DNA of 64,000 nt, taken from contig JABJHR010000003.1 of NCBI GenBank assembly GCA_018661705.1, forward strand, positions 601-64,600, written 5' to 3'. The position numbers were made by a program, and so were the translations under genes. Each line of letters starts with the position of its first letter. Position 1 is the first letter of the stretch. The DNA comes from Candidatus Woesearchaeota archaeon. Its GTDB lineage: Archaea > Nanobdellota > Nanobdellia > Woesearchaeales > DSVV01. Positions 41,677 to 51,531 of the stretch are shown here, one piece after another. Under the pieces are notes generated by a model. That model saw only the letters and a program-made list of their open reading frames with translations. It had not been told where the DNA came from and made no database searches.

Positions 41677-41774
41677 AGTTACACACCAAGAAGGGAAGTT
41701 TATATATTTTGTTGTACAATTGTGTGACATTTTTCACATTAAGATTTATATTTATTAAAGTAAATTAACAAGAA

Positions 41775-42305
41775 ATGAATAGTTCTAACTATGGATCTTC
41801 GCCAAAATATGATCAAAACAGCCCATTATCAAATAAAGATAGTGTGAAGAATAAAAAGGGTAATCATGAAGATGTTGAAGCAATAATAACTGAAGAGATA
41901 GTTAGAAAAAAAGTTTTAGAAGTAAACATATATGAAAAACATTATGGAAATGATAAATACACAAAATCAGAAACATATAGTATCCCATTAGAGGGATATG
42001 AAGAATTAATGTTAAAAGATTTATTAGATATGAGCCGTTTTTTCCCTGCAAAACATTTACATATTGAATCTATGCCTGATTATTTATTAGGATATACGGC
42101 AATTGGTTCACCAAATATATTCAGAAATTCAAGATTAATTCCTGGTAGTGAAAAAGCATATGAAGTTGATGTCCATGAAACAATACATACAAATGACGAA
42201 TTTGAGACAAGAGTATTAACATCATGGATATTAGATAATGATGTTAATAAGTATATGTTTGAGAGAGGTATTGTGCTAAAATATGATAAAGAAAAAATTA
42301 ATTAA
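41775..42305 (+). CDS. Hypothetical protein with HExxH motif
   Basis: LLGYT...VDVHETIH..DEFETR. Confidence 0.6.
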   Translation: MNSSNYGSSPKYDQNSPLSNKDSVKNKKGNHEDVEAIITEEIVRKKVLEVNIYEKHYGNDKYTKSETYSIPLEGYEELMLKDLLDMSRFFPAKHLHIESMPDYLLGYTAIGSPNIFRNSRLIPGSEKAYEVDVHETIHTNDEFETRVLTSWILDNDVNKYMFERGIVLKYDKEKIN

Positions 42306-42326
42306 AAAATTAAATTAAATAACTAA

Positions 42327-43070
42327 TTAATCATTTTCTACCCTTGGTGCTAGAATAAAGCTAAGCATGATTTTATCAACTGCTTTATAGTCCAGTCTTA
42401 AAGGATAGTCTTTGTTAAAGTTAATTTTGACTTCTGGAACTAGTTTGCCTGCATTCATCATTTTTTTCAAATATTCAATGCTGTATTTTGCTTTAATAAC
42501 TTCGCTGACATCACTCATAATTTTAACTTCTTCAGTTTCTTGTATGGCAATATTTGCTTCACTTAAGTCACTTTCGGCAGATATAACTAGTTTTTTCCCA
42601 TCAATCATAAAACTTACACTTTCTCCAATAATGTCTACATCCTCAACAGCATCACTTAATACATATGATGGGGCGGAGATAGTAATTGGAAAGTTCAAAT
42701 CAGGAACTTTTTGTTCTTTTTCTTCTAATTCAATGATTGGCAAGGAAAATGTTCTCTTACTTGCTCCTTGAAGAATTATTTTCAGTTTATTTTCATGTAC
42801 TTCTAAACTCAACATATCACTTGGCTTTGCTCTTCTTAGAACTTGCTTCAGATTGCTAAGATTAATTGCAATTTCTGTGTCTTCTTGCACATCATATTCA
42901 ACAAATGTACTTGATAACAGCTTAAAAACAACCATTGCTACGTTTGCTGGATCCATTGCAACTAGTTCAATTGCATTTTTAGTAATCTTAAATGTAGCTT
43001 CATTTACTAGTTCAGAAATTATTGATACGCTCTCTTTTAGATATTTTGGCTCTGCTAATGTTAATTTCAT
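42327..43070 (-). CDS. pcn: PCNA sliding clamp
   Basis: AMDPANVAMV, YSIEYLKK, DYPL, FILAPRVE. Confidence 0.97.
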   Translation of the reverse strand: MKLTLAEPKYLKESVSIISELVNEATFKITKNAIELVAMDPANVAMVVFKLLSSTFVEYDVQEDTEIAINLSNLKQVLRRAKPSDMLSLEVHENKLKIILQGASKRTFSLPIIELEEKEQKVPDLNFPITISAPSYVLSDAVEDVDIIGESVSFMIDGKKLVISAESDLSEANIAIQETEEVKIMSDVSEVIKAKYSIEYLKKMMNAGKLVPEVKINFNKDYPLRLDYKAVDKIMLSFILAPRVEND

Positions 43071-43414
43071 CTTTTTAAACCCCCTTTGGACTATTAATTG
43101 TATTATTTTATATGTAAATCGTGAATGAATTCCTATATATAAAGATTTAGATTAATTTTCATAATAATATAATCTAATGTATACGATGCAAAATAGGTAA
43201 TTTAATATGCATAATGGATTGGTTTATTTAGAAATAGGGTTTTTAAGAGGTTTTTTTGATAAAAAAGAAATTTCCGAGGTTACATATCCTTCGGACCCAG
43301 TGTAGTGGTGATATGCAAAATAATACTCTTTAACACCGATGAATGCTCTTTTTTTCATGAATTTAAAAAATAAAATACACAATCAAAACAAATTATTCAG
43401 AAAAAATCAAAAAA

Positions 43415-44734
43415 CTAAGAAATATTAATTCGATCGCCATCATTAACCATTAAAATCTTCTTAACACCGCATTCTTCTGCTAATTCTTTCATTGCAATTT
43501 TCATATGATCTTCGCAATGTGCAGGTATTAATGACTCCGGTTTAATCATGTTAATTAAATCTCTTAAATCTTCTTTTGCAGCATGACCACTTACATGAAT
43601 ATCTTTAAAAATCCTTACGTGTTTTTTTCTAAGCTCATTTTCTAATGCTTCTCTTGCATCAATATTAATTTTATTTGGAATAACACTACATGAAAAAATA
43701 ACTGAATCATCTTTCTCTAGCTTAAAATCAAACTCACCCCTTGCAATTCTGCTCAAAACAGCTTTGCTTTCTCCCTGATGTCCTGTAACAACAATCAAAT
43801 ATTTGGATTTGTTTTTTTCAATTAATTTTAAAGCATTTTGAACTTTGCTACCATATTTTACAATTTTAACATCTTTAGAAAAATTAACAAGATTAACTTT
43901 TTCAGCCGCCATTACATATTTAGCTAAACTTCTTCCCAGTAAAATAACTTTTCTGTTAATTCTTTTTCCATAATCAATAATTGATTTTAATCTTGCAATA
44001 TGTGACGAGAAAGTTGTAACAATAATTGCATTATTACTAGATTCAATCCCTAACAACAAATCTTTTAACATTTGTCTTGCCACACTTTCTGAAGGTGTTT
44101 TCTTAGCATCATCTGCCCTTGTTGAATCACAAATTAATACTTTCACTCCTTTTTCTCCAATTTCCTTCAAACGTTTAAAATTTGGTTTTTTTCCTAAGAC
44201 TGGAAAACTATCAAACTTAAAATCATTACAATATACTAAGGTCCCATATTTAGTATGTAACGCAACCATAACCGCATGTGGTGTTGAATGAGTAGTATGA
44301 ATAAACTCAACAGTAACCTCCCCCATGTTATATTTTGCATTTGGAGAAAGTGATTTAATTCTGTTCATTAATTTAATTTTTTCATCTCTACAAATAGTTA
44401 GTACTAGTTCTTTGGTATAGGGGGTACAAAGTATTTCTGCATTAAAATCATTAGAAATAAAGGGTACAGCACCAACATGATCAAGATGTGCATGAGTTGG
44501 AATAATTGCAACAACTTTATCTTTCCAATCCTTAATTAATCCATTATCAGGAATTGCACCTTCTTTTACTAAAAGAGGAATTGGAATATTTTTAATATCT
44601 TCATCTTCAGTATATTCAATATATTTTGGCAAATAAAGCCCCATATCAATAATAAAAACTTGATCATCAACTTTAACGGCAGTCATATTTTTACCAATCT
44701 CATTATAACCACCAACTGCACAGATTTCTATCAT
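43415..44734 (-). CDS. rnj: Ribonuclease J (archaeal MBL/beta-CASP)
   Basis: GGYNEIGKNMT, THAHLDHVG, TFSSHIAR, TGHQGE, HVSGHA. Confidence 0.93.
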   Translation of the reverse strand: MIEICAVGGYNEIGKNMTAVKVDDQVFIIDMGLYLPKYIEYTEDEDIKNIPIPLLVKEGAIPDNGLIKDWKDKVVAIIPTHAHLDHVGAVPFISNDFNAEILCTPYTKELVLTICRDEKIKLMNRIKSLSPNAKYNMGEVTVEFIHTTHSTPHAVMVALHTKYGTLVYCNDFKFDSFPVLGKKPNFKRLKEIGEKGVKVLICDSTRADDAKKTPSESVARQMLKDLLLGIESSNNAIIVTTFSSHIARLKSIIDYGKRINRKVILLGRSLAKYVMAAEKVNLVNFSKDVKIVKYGSKVQNALKLIEKNKSKYLIVVTGHQGESKAVLSRIARGEFDFKLEKDDSVIFSCSVIPNKINIDAREALENELRKKHVRIFKDIHVSGHAAKEDLRDLINMIKPESLIPAHCEDHMKIAMKELAEECGVKKILMVNDGDRINIS

Positions 44735-44870
44735 GATTCAAACTATCAAACCTACATTTATAAATGTTATCAAAAGAGTAAAGTATATATGTAAGATAAT
44801 ATAGATTAATAAGAGATTACATGATATTAGACATAATTCCATTAATTGTACTAAAAAAGAGGAAAACTAA

Positions 44871-45029
44871 ATGAAACTTAAAAAAAGCAAAAAAGCAGCA
44901 CATATGTGGTTAGAAGAAACAAGTAAATGGGTTTATATTATTGCTATTATGATAGGTTTGTTAGCAATCTTATTGTATTTTACTAGAAAAAACATAATGA
45001 ATCTAGTTTCAAGAATTATTTTTGGATAA
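44871..45029 (+). CDS. 52-aa pilin-like microprotein (not in ORF track)
   Basis: MKLKKSKKA|AHMWLEETSKWVYIIAIMIGLLAILLYF; GAGG RBS. Confidence 0.7.
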   Translation: MKLKKSKKAAHMWLEETSKWVYIIAIMIGLLAILLYFTRKNIMNLVSRIIFG

Positions 45030-45105
45030 AATATAACAAGTTAATTACATTGGCTTAATCCTATACATCATTCGTTAAAAATTATTAAAAAAAAGGAATT
45101 AAAAA

Positions 45106-45648
45106 ATGAAAACAAAAAGAGGTATGACTTTTATTAGTTGGATTGTGATTGCAATACTTTGTGTTGCGTTTATTATGTTTGCCCCAGTTATGGTTAACAA
45201 GGTATATGAATTAACAAAAAGGTTTGAACTACCTGATAATGCAGAACAAAATCTTCTTCAACACCAACAAGATCAAGAACAAAAAAGTAATGCAAAAAAA
45301 GCTTTTGAAGCAGGACAGTATAATGAAGCAACACAAGGTTATCAACAATTGATTGATAGAGATTCAAATGGAAAAGAAGTTCAAACATCGTTATTTGAAA
45401 TTGCTAAATCATTCTATGAAACAGATAAAAAAGATAAATCAATGATGTATTATAGATTATACGTCGATACTAGTCCAGGTTATAATTTTAAAGTTAAGAT
45501 TGCATATCAAGATTTATTATCAATTTACAAAGAAAAAGGTATGGGAACAGAAACAACTGCTTTATTAAATAAATTTAAAGAAACATACCCAGAAAGAGAA
45601 TTTGAATTTAATGAATTAAGTAAAAACATTCCAGGTGATGCAAAATGA
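45106..45648 (+). CDS. Class III signal peptide protein with TPR domain
   Basis: MKTKRG|MTF plus hydrophobic helix; TPR helices AKKAFEAGQYNEA and SLFEIAKSFY. Confidence 0.8.
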   Translation: MKTKRGMTFISWIVIAILCVAFIMFAPVMVNKVYELTKRFELPDNAEQNLLQHQQDQEQKSNAKKAFEAGQYNEATQGYQQLIDRDSNGKEVQTSLFEIAKSFYETDKKDKSMMYYRLYVDTSPGYNFKVKIAYQDLLSIYKEKGMGTETTALLNKFKETYPEREFEFNELSKNIPGDAK

Positions 45649-46034
45649 ATAGAATAATGAAGAAAAAAAACAATAAAGCTCAAGGTTTAAGCTTAAATAT
45701 GGTTGCTAGTTCAGTTATTGTTTTAGTTGTTATAATTGTTATTATTATTATTTTCACAGGCAAATTCTCATTATTTTCTGGAAGTATAAGTGCTTGTGAA
45801 TCAAAGCCAGGTGCAAAATGTGTTCAAGAAAATAATTGCCCAAGTACTGAAACAACACCCCATTATTTTTCACAAAAAATGGATTTTAAATGTCCAGATT
45901 CTAGCCAAGTTTGTTGTTATAGCCAATGTAAAGCAATTAGTGGAATTTGTAAACCAAGTTGTGGAAATCCAATAAATGATCAAGGACCAGCAGACTGTAA
46001 AGGAAATAATATCTGTTGTAAAGAAAGTTCATAA
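45645..46034 (+). CDS. Type IV pilin-like protein, Cys-rich head
   Basis: NKA|QGLSLN, long hydrophobic helix, FTGK, Cys-rich C-terminus. Confidence 0.85.
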   Translation: MNRIMKKKNNKAQGLSLNMVASSVIVLVVIIVIIIIFTGKFSLFSGSISACESKPGAKCVQENNCPSTETTPHYFSQKMDFKCPDSSQVCCYSQCKAISGICKPSCGNPINDQGPADCKGNNICCKESS

Positions 46035-46051
46035 ACTAAACGGTGATAATA

Positions 46052-46423
46052 ATGAATTTTAAAAAACAAAATAAAAAAGCACAAGGACTAAGCTTAAATA
46101 CGGTTGCAAGTGCAGTGATTGTTCTTGTAGTAATTATTGTAATCATAATTATTTTTACAGGTAAAGCATCACTTTTTTCAGGAAGCGTAAGTGCTTGTGA
46201 TTCAAAACCAGGTGCAAAATGTGTTCCAGAAACTGAATGTCCAAAAAAAGCTGACAATGTATTTTATTCACAGAAATTAGACTTTAAATGTGGAGATAAA
46301 GATCTTGTTTGTTGTTATAGCCAGTGTAAAGCAATCAGTGGGAAATGTGAACAAAAATGTAAACCAGATGATGATGATGTAGGTCCGGCAGATTGTATTG
46401 ATGGAGAAACATGTTGCAAATAG
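46052..46423 (+). CDS. Type IV pilin-like protein, paralogue of the preceding gene
   Basis: KKA|QGLSLN; same Cys pattern; GGTGA RBS. Confidence 0.85.
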   Translation: MNFKKQNKKAQGLSLNTVASAVIVLVVIIVIIIIFTGKASLFSGSVSACDSKPGAKCVPETECPKKADNVFYSQKLDFKCGDKDLVCCYSQCKAISGKCEQKCKPDDDDVGPADCIDGETCCK

Positions 46424-46469
46424 GAATTAATCTTAATTTTTTTCAATAAAAATAATAACAGGTGAAAAC

Positions 46470-46760
46470 ATGTCAAAAAAAGCATTAAGTTTACCACAAA
46501 CCGCAATTGTAGTCTTTATTGTATTATTAGTTTTTTTAGGTTTAAGCCTTGTTTTTCAAGGAAAAGGGTATGCGTTTGTCCAAAAAAACATATTAGGGGC
46601 AGAAAAATGTATCACACCATTAGATTGTTCCACAAGCCTTAATCCAGGGGCTGGCGAAGATAATGACGGGAATGGAGTATATGATGGACAAATCACAACA
46701 AAAGAGGGTGTGGTTGATTGTGGTGCAGCAAATACTTGTATTATGGGAAACGCCCCTTAA
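46470..46760 (+). CDS. Small pilin-like protein
   Basis: MSKKA|LSL plus hydrophobic helix; DNDGNG Ca-binding-like loop. Confidence 0.75.
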   Translation: MSKKALSLPQTAIVVFIVLLVFLGLSLVFQGKGYAFVQKNILGAEKCITPLDCSTSLNPGAGEDNDGNGVYDGQITTKEGVVDCGAANTCIMGNAP

Positions 46761-46852
46761 CAAACCCATGTAAAAAATTAAAGAACAAAAAACATTCAAA
46801 ATTTAATATTAAAATTTTCAATTAAAAAATAGAAAGTTAGTAAAAAAGTAAA

Positions 46853-49021
46853 ATGTTTAAAAAAAGAGGTACGATTGATATAGAATTCTTAGTTAATTTA
46901 ATTAGAGGTGTCTTGGTTTTATTTGTATTATTTATTATTGCAGCCTCTATTTACAGCATTTTTATTTCTGACAATAATCAAGAAAGAGTTTATGAAAATT
47001 TTTTAGGTTTTGTTGAAATTATTGAGTATATGCCACCAAACAGCCATTTAACATATGCACTTGATTTAGGTGATCCTGAACAATATTCTATTGTTGATAC
47101 AATTACTATGGGTGGACCAATAATTCCACAGGAAGAAACAAATGGTGAATGTAGATTTAAAGATTGTTTATGTTTGTGTGAGGGTGTTAGAAAAAATTGT
47201 GAAAATCCAAGATGTGTAAGAGTAACCTCAAAGATTGGTGCAAATATTGATGCAAATGAATTAGATTTACACCAATTTTGGTCCTCATCAAAAGATTATG
47301 TGGAAATAAATTATTCAGAAAAAGAAAAAGAAATGATCATGCCCGCAAGAGTATTACTAAGAAGAACAGGTAATGAAGTTGCGATTTGTAGATACATACC
47401 TGGGGAGCCGCAAGTTCATGATTCTTGTTTAAGAAGGTTTGATGCTTCAATTGCAGATAGAATGTTAGATGATCTTTCTCAATCATTAGAAAGGTGTGGA
47501 AAAAATAGTGCTGTTAGTAGTTTATTAACACCAATTATTGACGAAAAAACAAAACAACAAACATTTGTAGAAAATATTTATCAATTTGATTCTGATACAA
47601 ATCAAGTTTGTAGACTTGAGACACAAGAAGATAAATTAGAAAAATCAGATTGTCACAAATTAGATAAACAAATTATTCCTAAATGGAATTTAAAGAGTGA
47701 AGATGAAACATATGACACAAGAGAAAATTTAGGTTATATGTTTTTATACAAAACAGGCCCAGGTAGTAACTATATTGTAAATTGTGATGAGATAGAAGAT
47801 CCAAGTAAATTTAATGATTATTATGCGGAGATTAATACAGAAATAACCAATAATAAATATTCAGTAGGATCTGGTTTTTGTATTGATGGCGATACACAAC
47901 AATTTTTATCAACAGTTCAAGAATTTAACATTAATTTTGAAACACAATCTGCCCAGGGACCAGATGCAGACATAATTTGTTGTGAAACAGACATAGAAGA
48001 ATACTATAGTGAGGAGGAAAAAAGCTTTGGTTGTTTAGAATGGACAGACTTAAACAATTTAATGTGTTTAGATATCCCAACACCATACAAATCAAAATCA
48101 AACCCTGATTCAGTTCAATATTGGCAAGATCCTGAAACAAATAAAATTTCTCTAGCAATGAATTCTTGTTTAAATAACTTTAATATTCCAAATTCAGCAA
48201 TGTGTAAAGAGGAGTATGAAACAACACAATTATCCCAATTTCTAAACGAATTAAACAATAAAAATATTAAATTAAAAGCCTATCTCAGAGTTCATGATAA
48301 TAGCCAAGTATATTTTTCAAAAACAATTCCAATCAAAAGAATAATAAAAACTCCAGACGGTGAAGAACTAGATTATGAAACTAATAAAGAATTATTTTCA
48401 GAATCTGAAATTCAAGAGATAATTAAAATAGGTAATTTAAATGGCCTAGATTTAAAAGAATTAGAAATTTATTTTGATTCATACACTACAATTGATGAAG
48501 GAGATTATCTTTACCTCATGCCACAATTATTTGAAGATGAAAGTAATAAAAACATAAACAAGATTAGTTTAACAACAGGAGAGATAATGCCTTTGTATGA
48601 TGAAGAAGGTATGAAAACTAAACAACAAGTATTTATTAAAGAAGAAATTCAAGATTTAATTAAAACACAAGGAAATGTGATTTGTAGGGAAGAAATTGAA
48701 AACACTTTACCTGCAGAAGCAATAAACACAGAAACTGGAGAGATTGAAATTAGTGCAACAGGTTATAGCCTAGTTATTGAAAAAAATAAAGCATATATTG
48801 AATATGAGGGAGTTAAAGGAACAGATATTGTTTTACCAACAAATCTTGATTGTGTAATTTATACCTTTGCTCCTGGCAGTAATGAAGAATATAAGTTTGA
48901 GTCAAATGCTCCAAGAATTACAATAACACCCGCTGACCAAAACCCAAATCCTGAAATAGTTGATATTGGAATAGGAGAACCTTGTTTATGGCTAAAAAAG
49001 CCACATATTGAATTTAAATAA
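46853..49021 (+). CDS. Large pilin-like protein, Cys-rich and acidic
   Basis: MFKKRG|TIDIE plus hydrophobic helix; CLCLC motif. Confidence 0.75.
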   Translation: MFKKRGTIDIEFLVNLIRGVLVLFVLFIIAASIYSIFISDNNQERVYENFLGFVEIIEYMPPNSHLTYALDLGDPEQYSIVDTITMGGPIIPQEETNGECRFKDCLCLCEGVRKNCENPRCVRVTSKIGANIDANELDLHQFWSSSKDYVEINYSEKEKEMIMPARVLLRRTGNEVAICRYIPGEPQVHDSCLRRFDASIADRMLDDLSQSLERCGKNSAVSSLLTPIIDEKTKQQTFVENIYQFDSDTNQVCRLETQEDKLEKSDCHKLDKQIIPKWNLKSEDETYDTRENLGYMFLYKTGPGSNYIVNCDEIEDPSKFNDYYAEINTEITNNKYSVGSGFCIDGDTQQFLSTVQEFNINFETQSAQGPDADIICCETDIEEYYSEEEKSFGCLEWTDLNNLMCLDIPTPYKSKSNPDSVQYWQDPETNKISLAMNSCLNNFNIPNSAMCKEEYETTQLSQFLNELNNKNIKLKAYLRVHDNSQVYFSKTIPIKRIIKTPDGEELDYETNKELFSESEIQEIIKIGNLNGLDLKELEIYFDSYTTIDEGDYLYLMPQLFEDESNKNINKISLTTGEIMPLYDEEGMKTKQQVFIKEEIQDLIKTQGNVICREEIENTLPAEAINTETGEIEISATGYSLVIEKNKAYIEYEGVKGTDIVLPTNLDCVIYTFAPGSNEEYKFESNAPRITITPADQNPNPEIVDIGIGEPCLWLKKPHIEFK

Positions 49022-49166
49022 CCCCTGATACATTTTATGCATTATTTAATTCACTAAATTTTATGTTTATTAATAAAGATCTTTTCTTTTAATAAGATTA
49101 TAGCATATAGTTATATTACCATTATACTCTTATATCATTATAATGTATTTTACTCTTAAAGACATG

Positions 49167-49182
49167 AAAAACTATATAAATC
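49167..49182 (+). promoter_or_regulatory. Internal BRE/TATA promoter in the pilin locus
   Basis: AAAAACTATATAAATC, TATA ~25 nt before ATG 49206; identical to 6502-6517. Confidence 0.6.
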
Positions 49183-49205
49183 TATAAATTAATTGATTTA
49201 TATAC

Positions 49206-50330
49206 ATGTTTAAAAATAAAAGGGGTATTACACTAGATAAAGTCTTTTTAGTAGAAGCTATACTCATTGTAGTTGTATGTGCCTCCATCATGGTTTACAT
49301 TGGAAATTTATATAATGATACTTCATTTGACAAAAGAATAATTGCAAGAGATCTTGCATTTTTAGCTGATTCTGCTCAATCTGTCCCGGGAAATTTATAT
49401 TACGAATATACATCTCCCTTGGGTAAAAAAGATCATTCATTTATTTTTTCAAAAAACACCGCAATAATTGCAGAAGGTTGGTTCGCAAAGGTGGGATATC
49501 CTTTTTTCTATAACAAAAACATGATGTTTGAGTCATTTCCAATTGCTTTCAAGAAAAGTTTTTCTATTAGTAATTTTAATAATGTTTTAGTAATATCTCC
49601 TGAAAAAAGATTTGGGTTAAAACAACCAAAAGATCAATTTTATGTGGAAACTCCTTCACAAACATATGAGATAAGTGAAACTAAACAAGTTGCTGAACAA
49701 ACATTAGAATGCACACCACCAAAACTAGAAACTAAATTTACATTTGACATAATTGCTATTGATGCTGATGGAAATTCAGATACACCAAAACAAAACATTG
49801 CGGGAACACAAGTAGAGCATTTAATAACACATGATATTTCAAAAGCAATAATAGAAGAATTAAACATAATTTTAGAAGGCATTATTATTGAAACAAGACC
49901 AGAAATAGATACAACATACGATACAGAATCAAAATTACTTCTTATTCCACCTTCAACAAGTTTTATTTTACAAATAAGTACTGAACAAACACAAAATCAA
50001 AACAATAATCCAGTATATGCTTATATTCCAAAGAATAGTGAACTAAGCAATTACCTTGCTTGCACCATATTACAAAATTTGAAAAAAGAATTGCCAGAAG
50101 TAATCACGGAAACAAAGATATTAACACAGAACCAAGAAGATAATTTATTGTTATATGCAAATAAAGATCCAACTGGTGTAAATACAAATAAACAAAATTT
50201 AGCTATAAAAATTGGAATAGGAAACATCCTGCATGATAATAATCTATTATATGAAAAAGAAACCACGAATATAATTGCTTATTCAATAGCTCAAAGTATT
50301 GAAGAATTTCAAGAATCAATTAACAACTAA
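49206..50330 (+). CDS. Pilin-like protein with degenerate N-acetylmuramoyl-L-alanine amidase (Amidase_3) domain
   Basis: NKRG|ITL. IAIDADG, EHLITHDISKAI, IETR, LQISTE, LACTILQNL, AIKIGIGNI and IAYSIAQSI follow the Amidase_3 motif order. Confidence 0.7.
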   Translation: MFKNKRGITLDKVFLVEAILIVVVCASIMVYIGNLYNDTSFDKRIIARDLAFLADSAQSVPGNLYYEYTSPLGKKDHSFIFSKNTAIIAEGWFAKVGYPFFYNKNMMFESFPIAFKKSFSISNFNNVLVISPEKRFGLKQPKDQFYVETPSQTYEISETKQVAEQTLECTPPKLETKFTFDIIAIDADGNSDTPKQNIAGTQVEHLITHDISKAIIEELNIILEGIIIETRPEIDTTYDTESKLLLIPPSTSFILQISTEQTQNQNNNPVYAYIPKNSELSNYLACTILQNLKKELPEVITETKILTQNQEDNLLLYANKDPTGVNTNKQNLAIKIGIGNILHDNNLLYEKETTNIIAYSIAQSIEEFQESINN

Positions 50331-50355
50331 AAAAGTTTGGGAGACACAACATAAG

Positions 50356-50955
50356 ATGAACAAAGTTAAAATAAATAAAAAAATTGGAAAAATAGGGAAA
50401 AAATCACAATTAGCATACTTCCAACTAATGTTTTTGTTCATAAGAATTGCGGTTCTTTTATTGGTATTATTTTCAATTGTTATACTTGTTCATATGTTCA
50501 TAAATGAGAGTACAAATATACAAAAAGAGGAAATCAACATGTTTACAGAGTTTTTATTATACTCTAAACACGGACTAAGCCATTACGACAAACAAGCAGG
50601 TAGACTTTACCCTGGAATTTTAGATTATGCAGAGTTAACTAACACAGGTTTAATTCAAGCAAAATTAGATTATGCTTTTGATTATGGAGATTACAAAGTA
50701 ATGGCAATTAAATTTAAATTTAACAGTTTAGTACCAGAAGTATCCGAAATCCAAGAATTTTATTATAATAAAGAGAGATATGATGAGTGGTTACATTTAA
50801 CAGGACTTAAAGCACGAATCACAAAACAGTTTGTTACAAAAAAACAAAGAACTGTTAATGTTATCATCAGAAAAGAAATTGAAATAGAAGGAATAATTAA
50901 AGAACAGTTTTTCCCTACAAAATTAGAATTAACAATGCTAAGCCCAAACACATAA
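50356..50955 (+). CDS. Pilin-like protein
   Basis: GKKS|QLAYF plus hydrophobic helix. Confidence 0.72.
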   Translation: MNKVKINKKIGKIGKKSQLAYFQLMFLFIRIAVLLLVLFSIVILVHMFINESTNIQKEEINMFTEFLLYSKHGLSHYDKQAGRLYPGILDYAELTNTGLIQAKLDYAFDYGDYKVMAIKFKFNSLVPEVSEIQEFYYNKERYDEWLHLTGLKARITKQFVTKKQRTVNVIIRKEIEIEGIIKEQFFPTKLELTMLSPNT

Positions 50956-50967
50956 GAGAATTAAAAA

Positions 50968-51507
50968 ATGATAAAAAACAAAAAAGCACAAGAAACAATT
51001 ACAACAGATGCAATAGTTACACTTTTAATTGTTGTAGTGATTACTATGAGCTTTTTTTATGTAAATCTATTACCACATAACAAAGTAGAGAATAAAATTG
51101 AAGCCGATTATGAGGATTTAGAATCAAGAAGAGAATTATTTACATTACTAAAAACCCCATTAGACACACCATTTGAATCAGACTACGGAAATTCAGCAGA
51201 TAATAACTTTGCAAGCCTAATTGTTAAGTATCATCATTCTGAAGGTGATGTAAAACAAGAGTATAAAACAAAAGTTCAAGAATTCATTAAATCCTATACT
51301 CAAGAAAAAAGTCTTTGCTTTAATTTAGTAATAAGTGCAGATAATGATTATGAAACAGAGTTTATTGGTGATAATTCCATTTGTACAGAATATTATTTAG
51401 ATTATATTTCCATAAATGAACTTATTGCACATTTACCAACATTAGACTCAGAAAAAACAATCATGGTTGAAATGATGAAAACTAGATTTAAGGTTTGGGA
51501 AGGCTAG
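50968..51507 (+). CDS. Pilin-like protein
   Basis: MIKNKKA|QE plus hydrophobic helix; LLKTP. Confidence 0.78.
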   Translation: MIKNKKAQETITTDAIVTLLIVVVITMSFFYVNLLPHNKVENKIEADYEDLESRRELFTLLKTPLDTPFESDYGNSADNNFASLIVKYHHSEGDVKQEYKTKVQEFIKSYTQEKSLCFNLVISADNDYETEFIGDNSICTEYYLDYISINELIAHLPTLDSEKTIMVEMMKTRFKVWEG

Positions 51508-51531
51508 TGTAAGAAGAAAAGAAAAAATCAA

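Noticed and set aside
45645..46423. Diversity-generating retroelement template/variable pair
   Set aside because: Both copies are full genes, the differences are not adenine-specific, and no reverse transcriptase is present.
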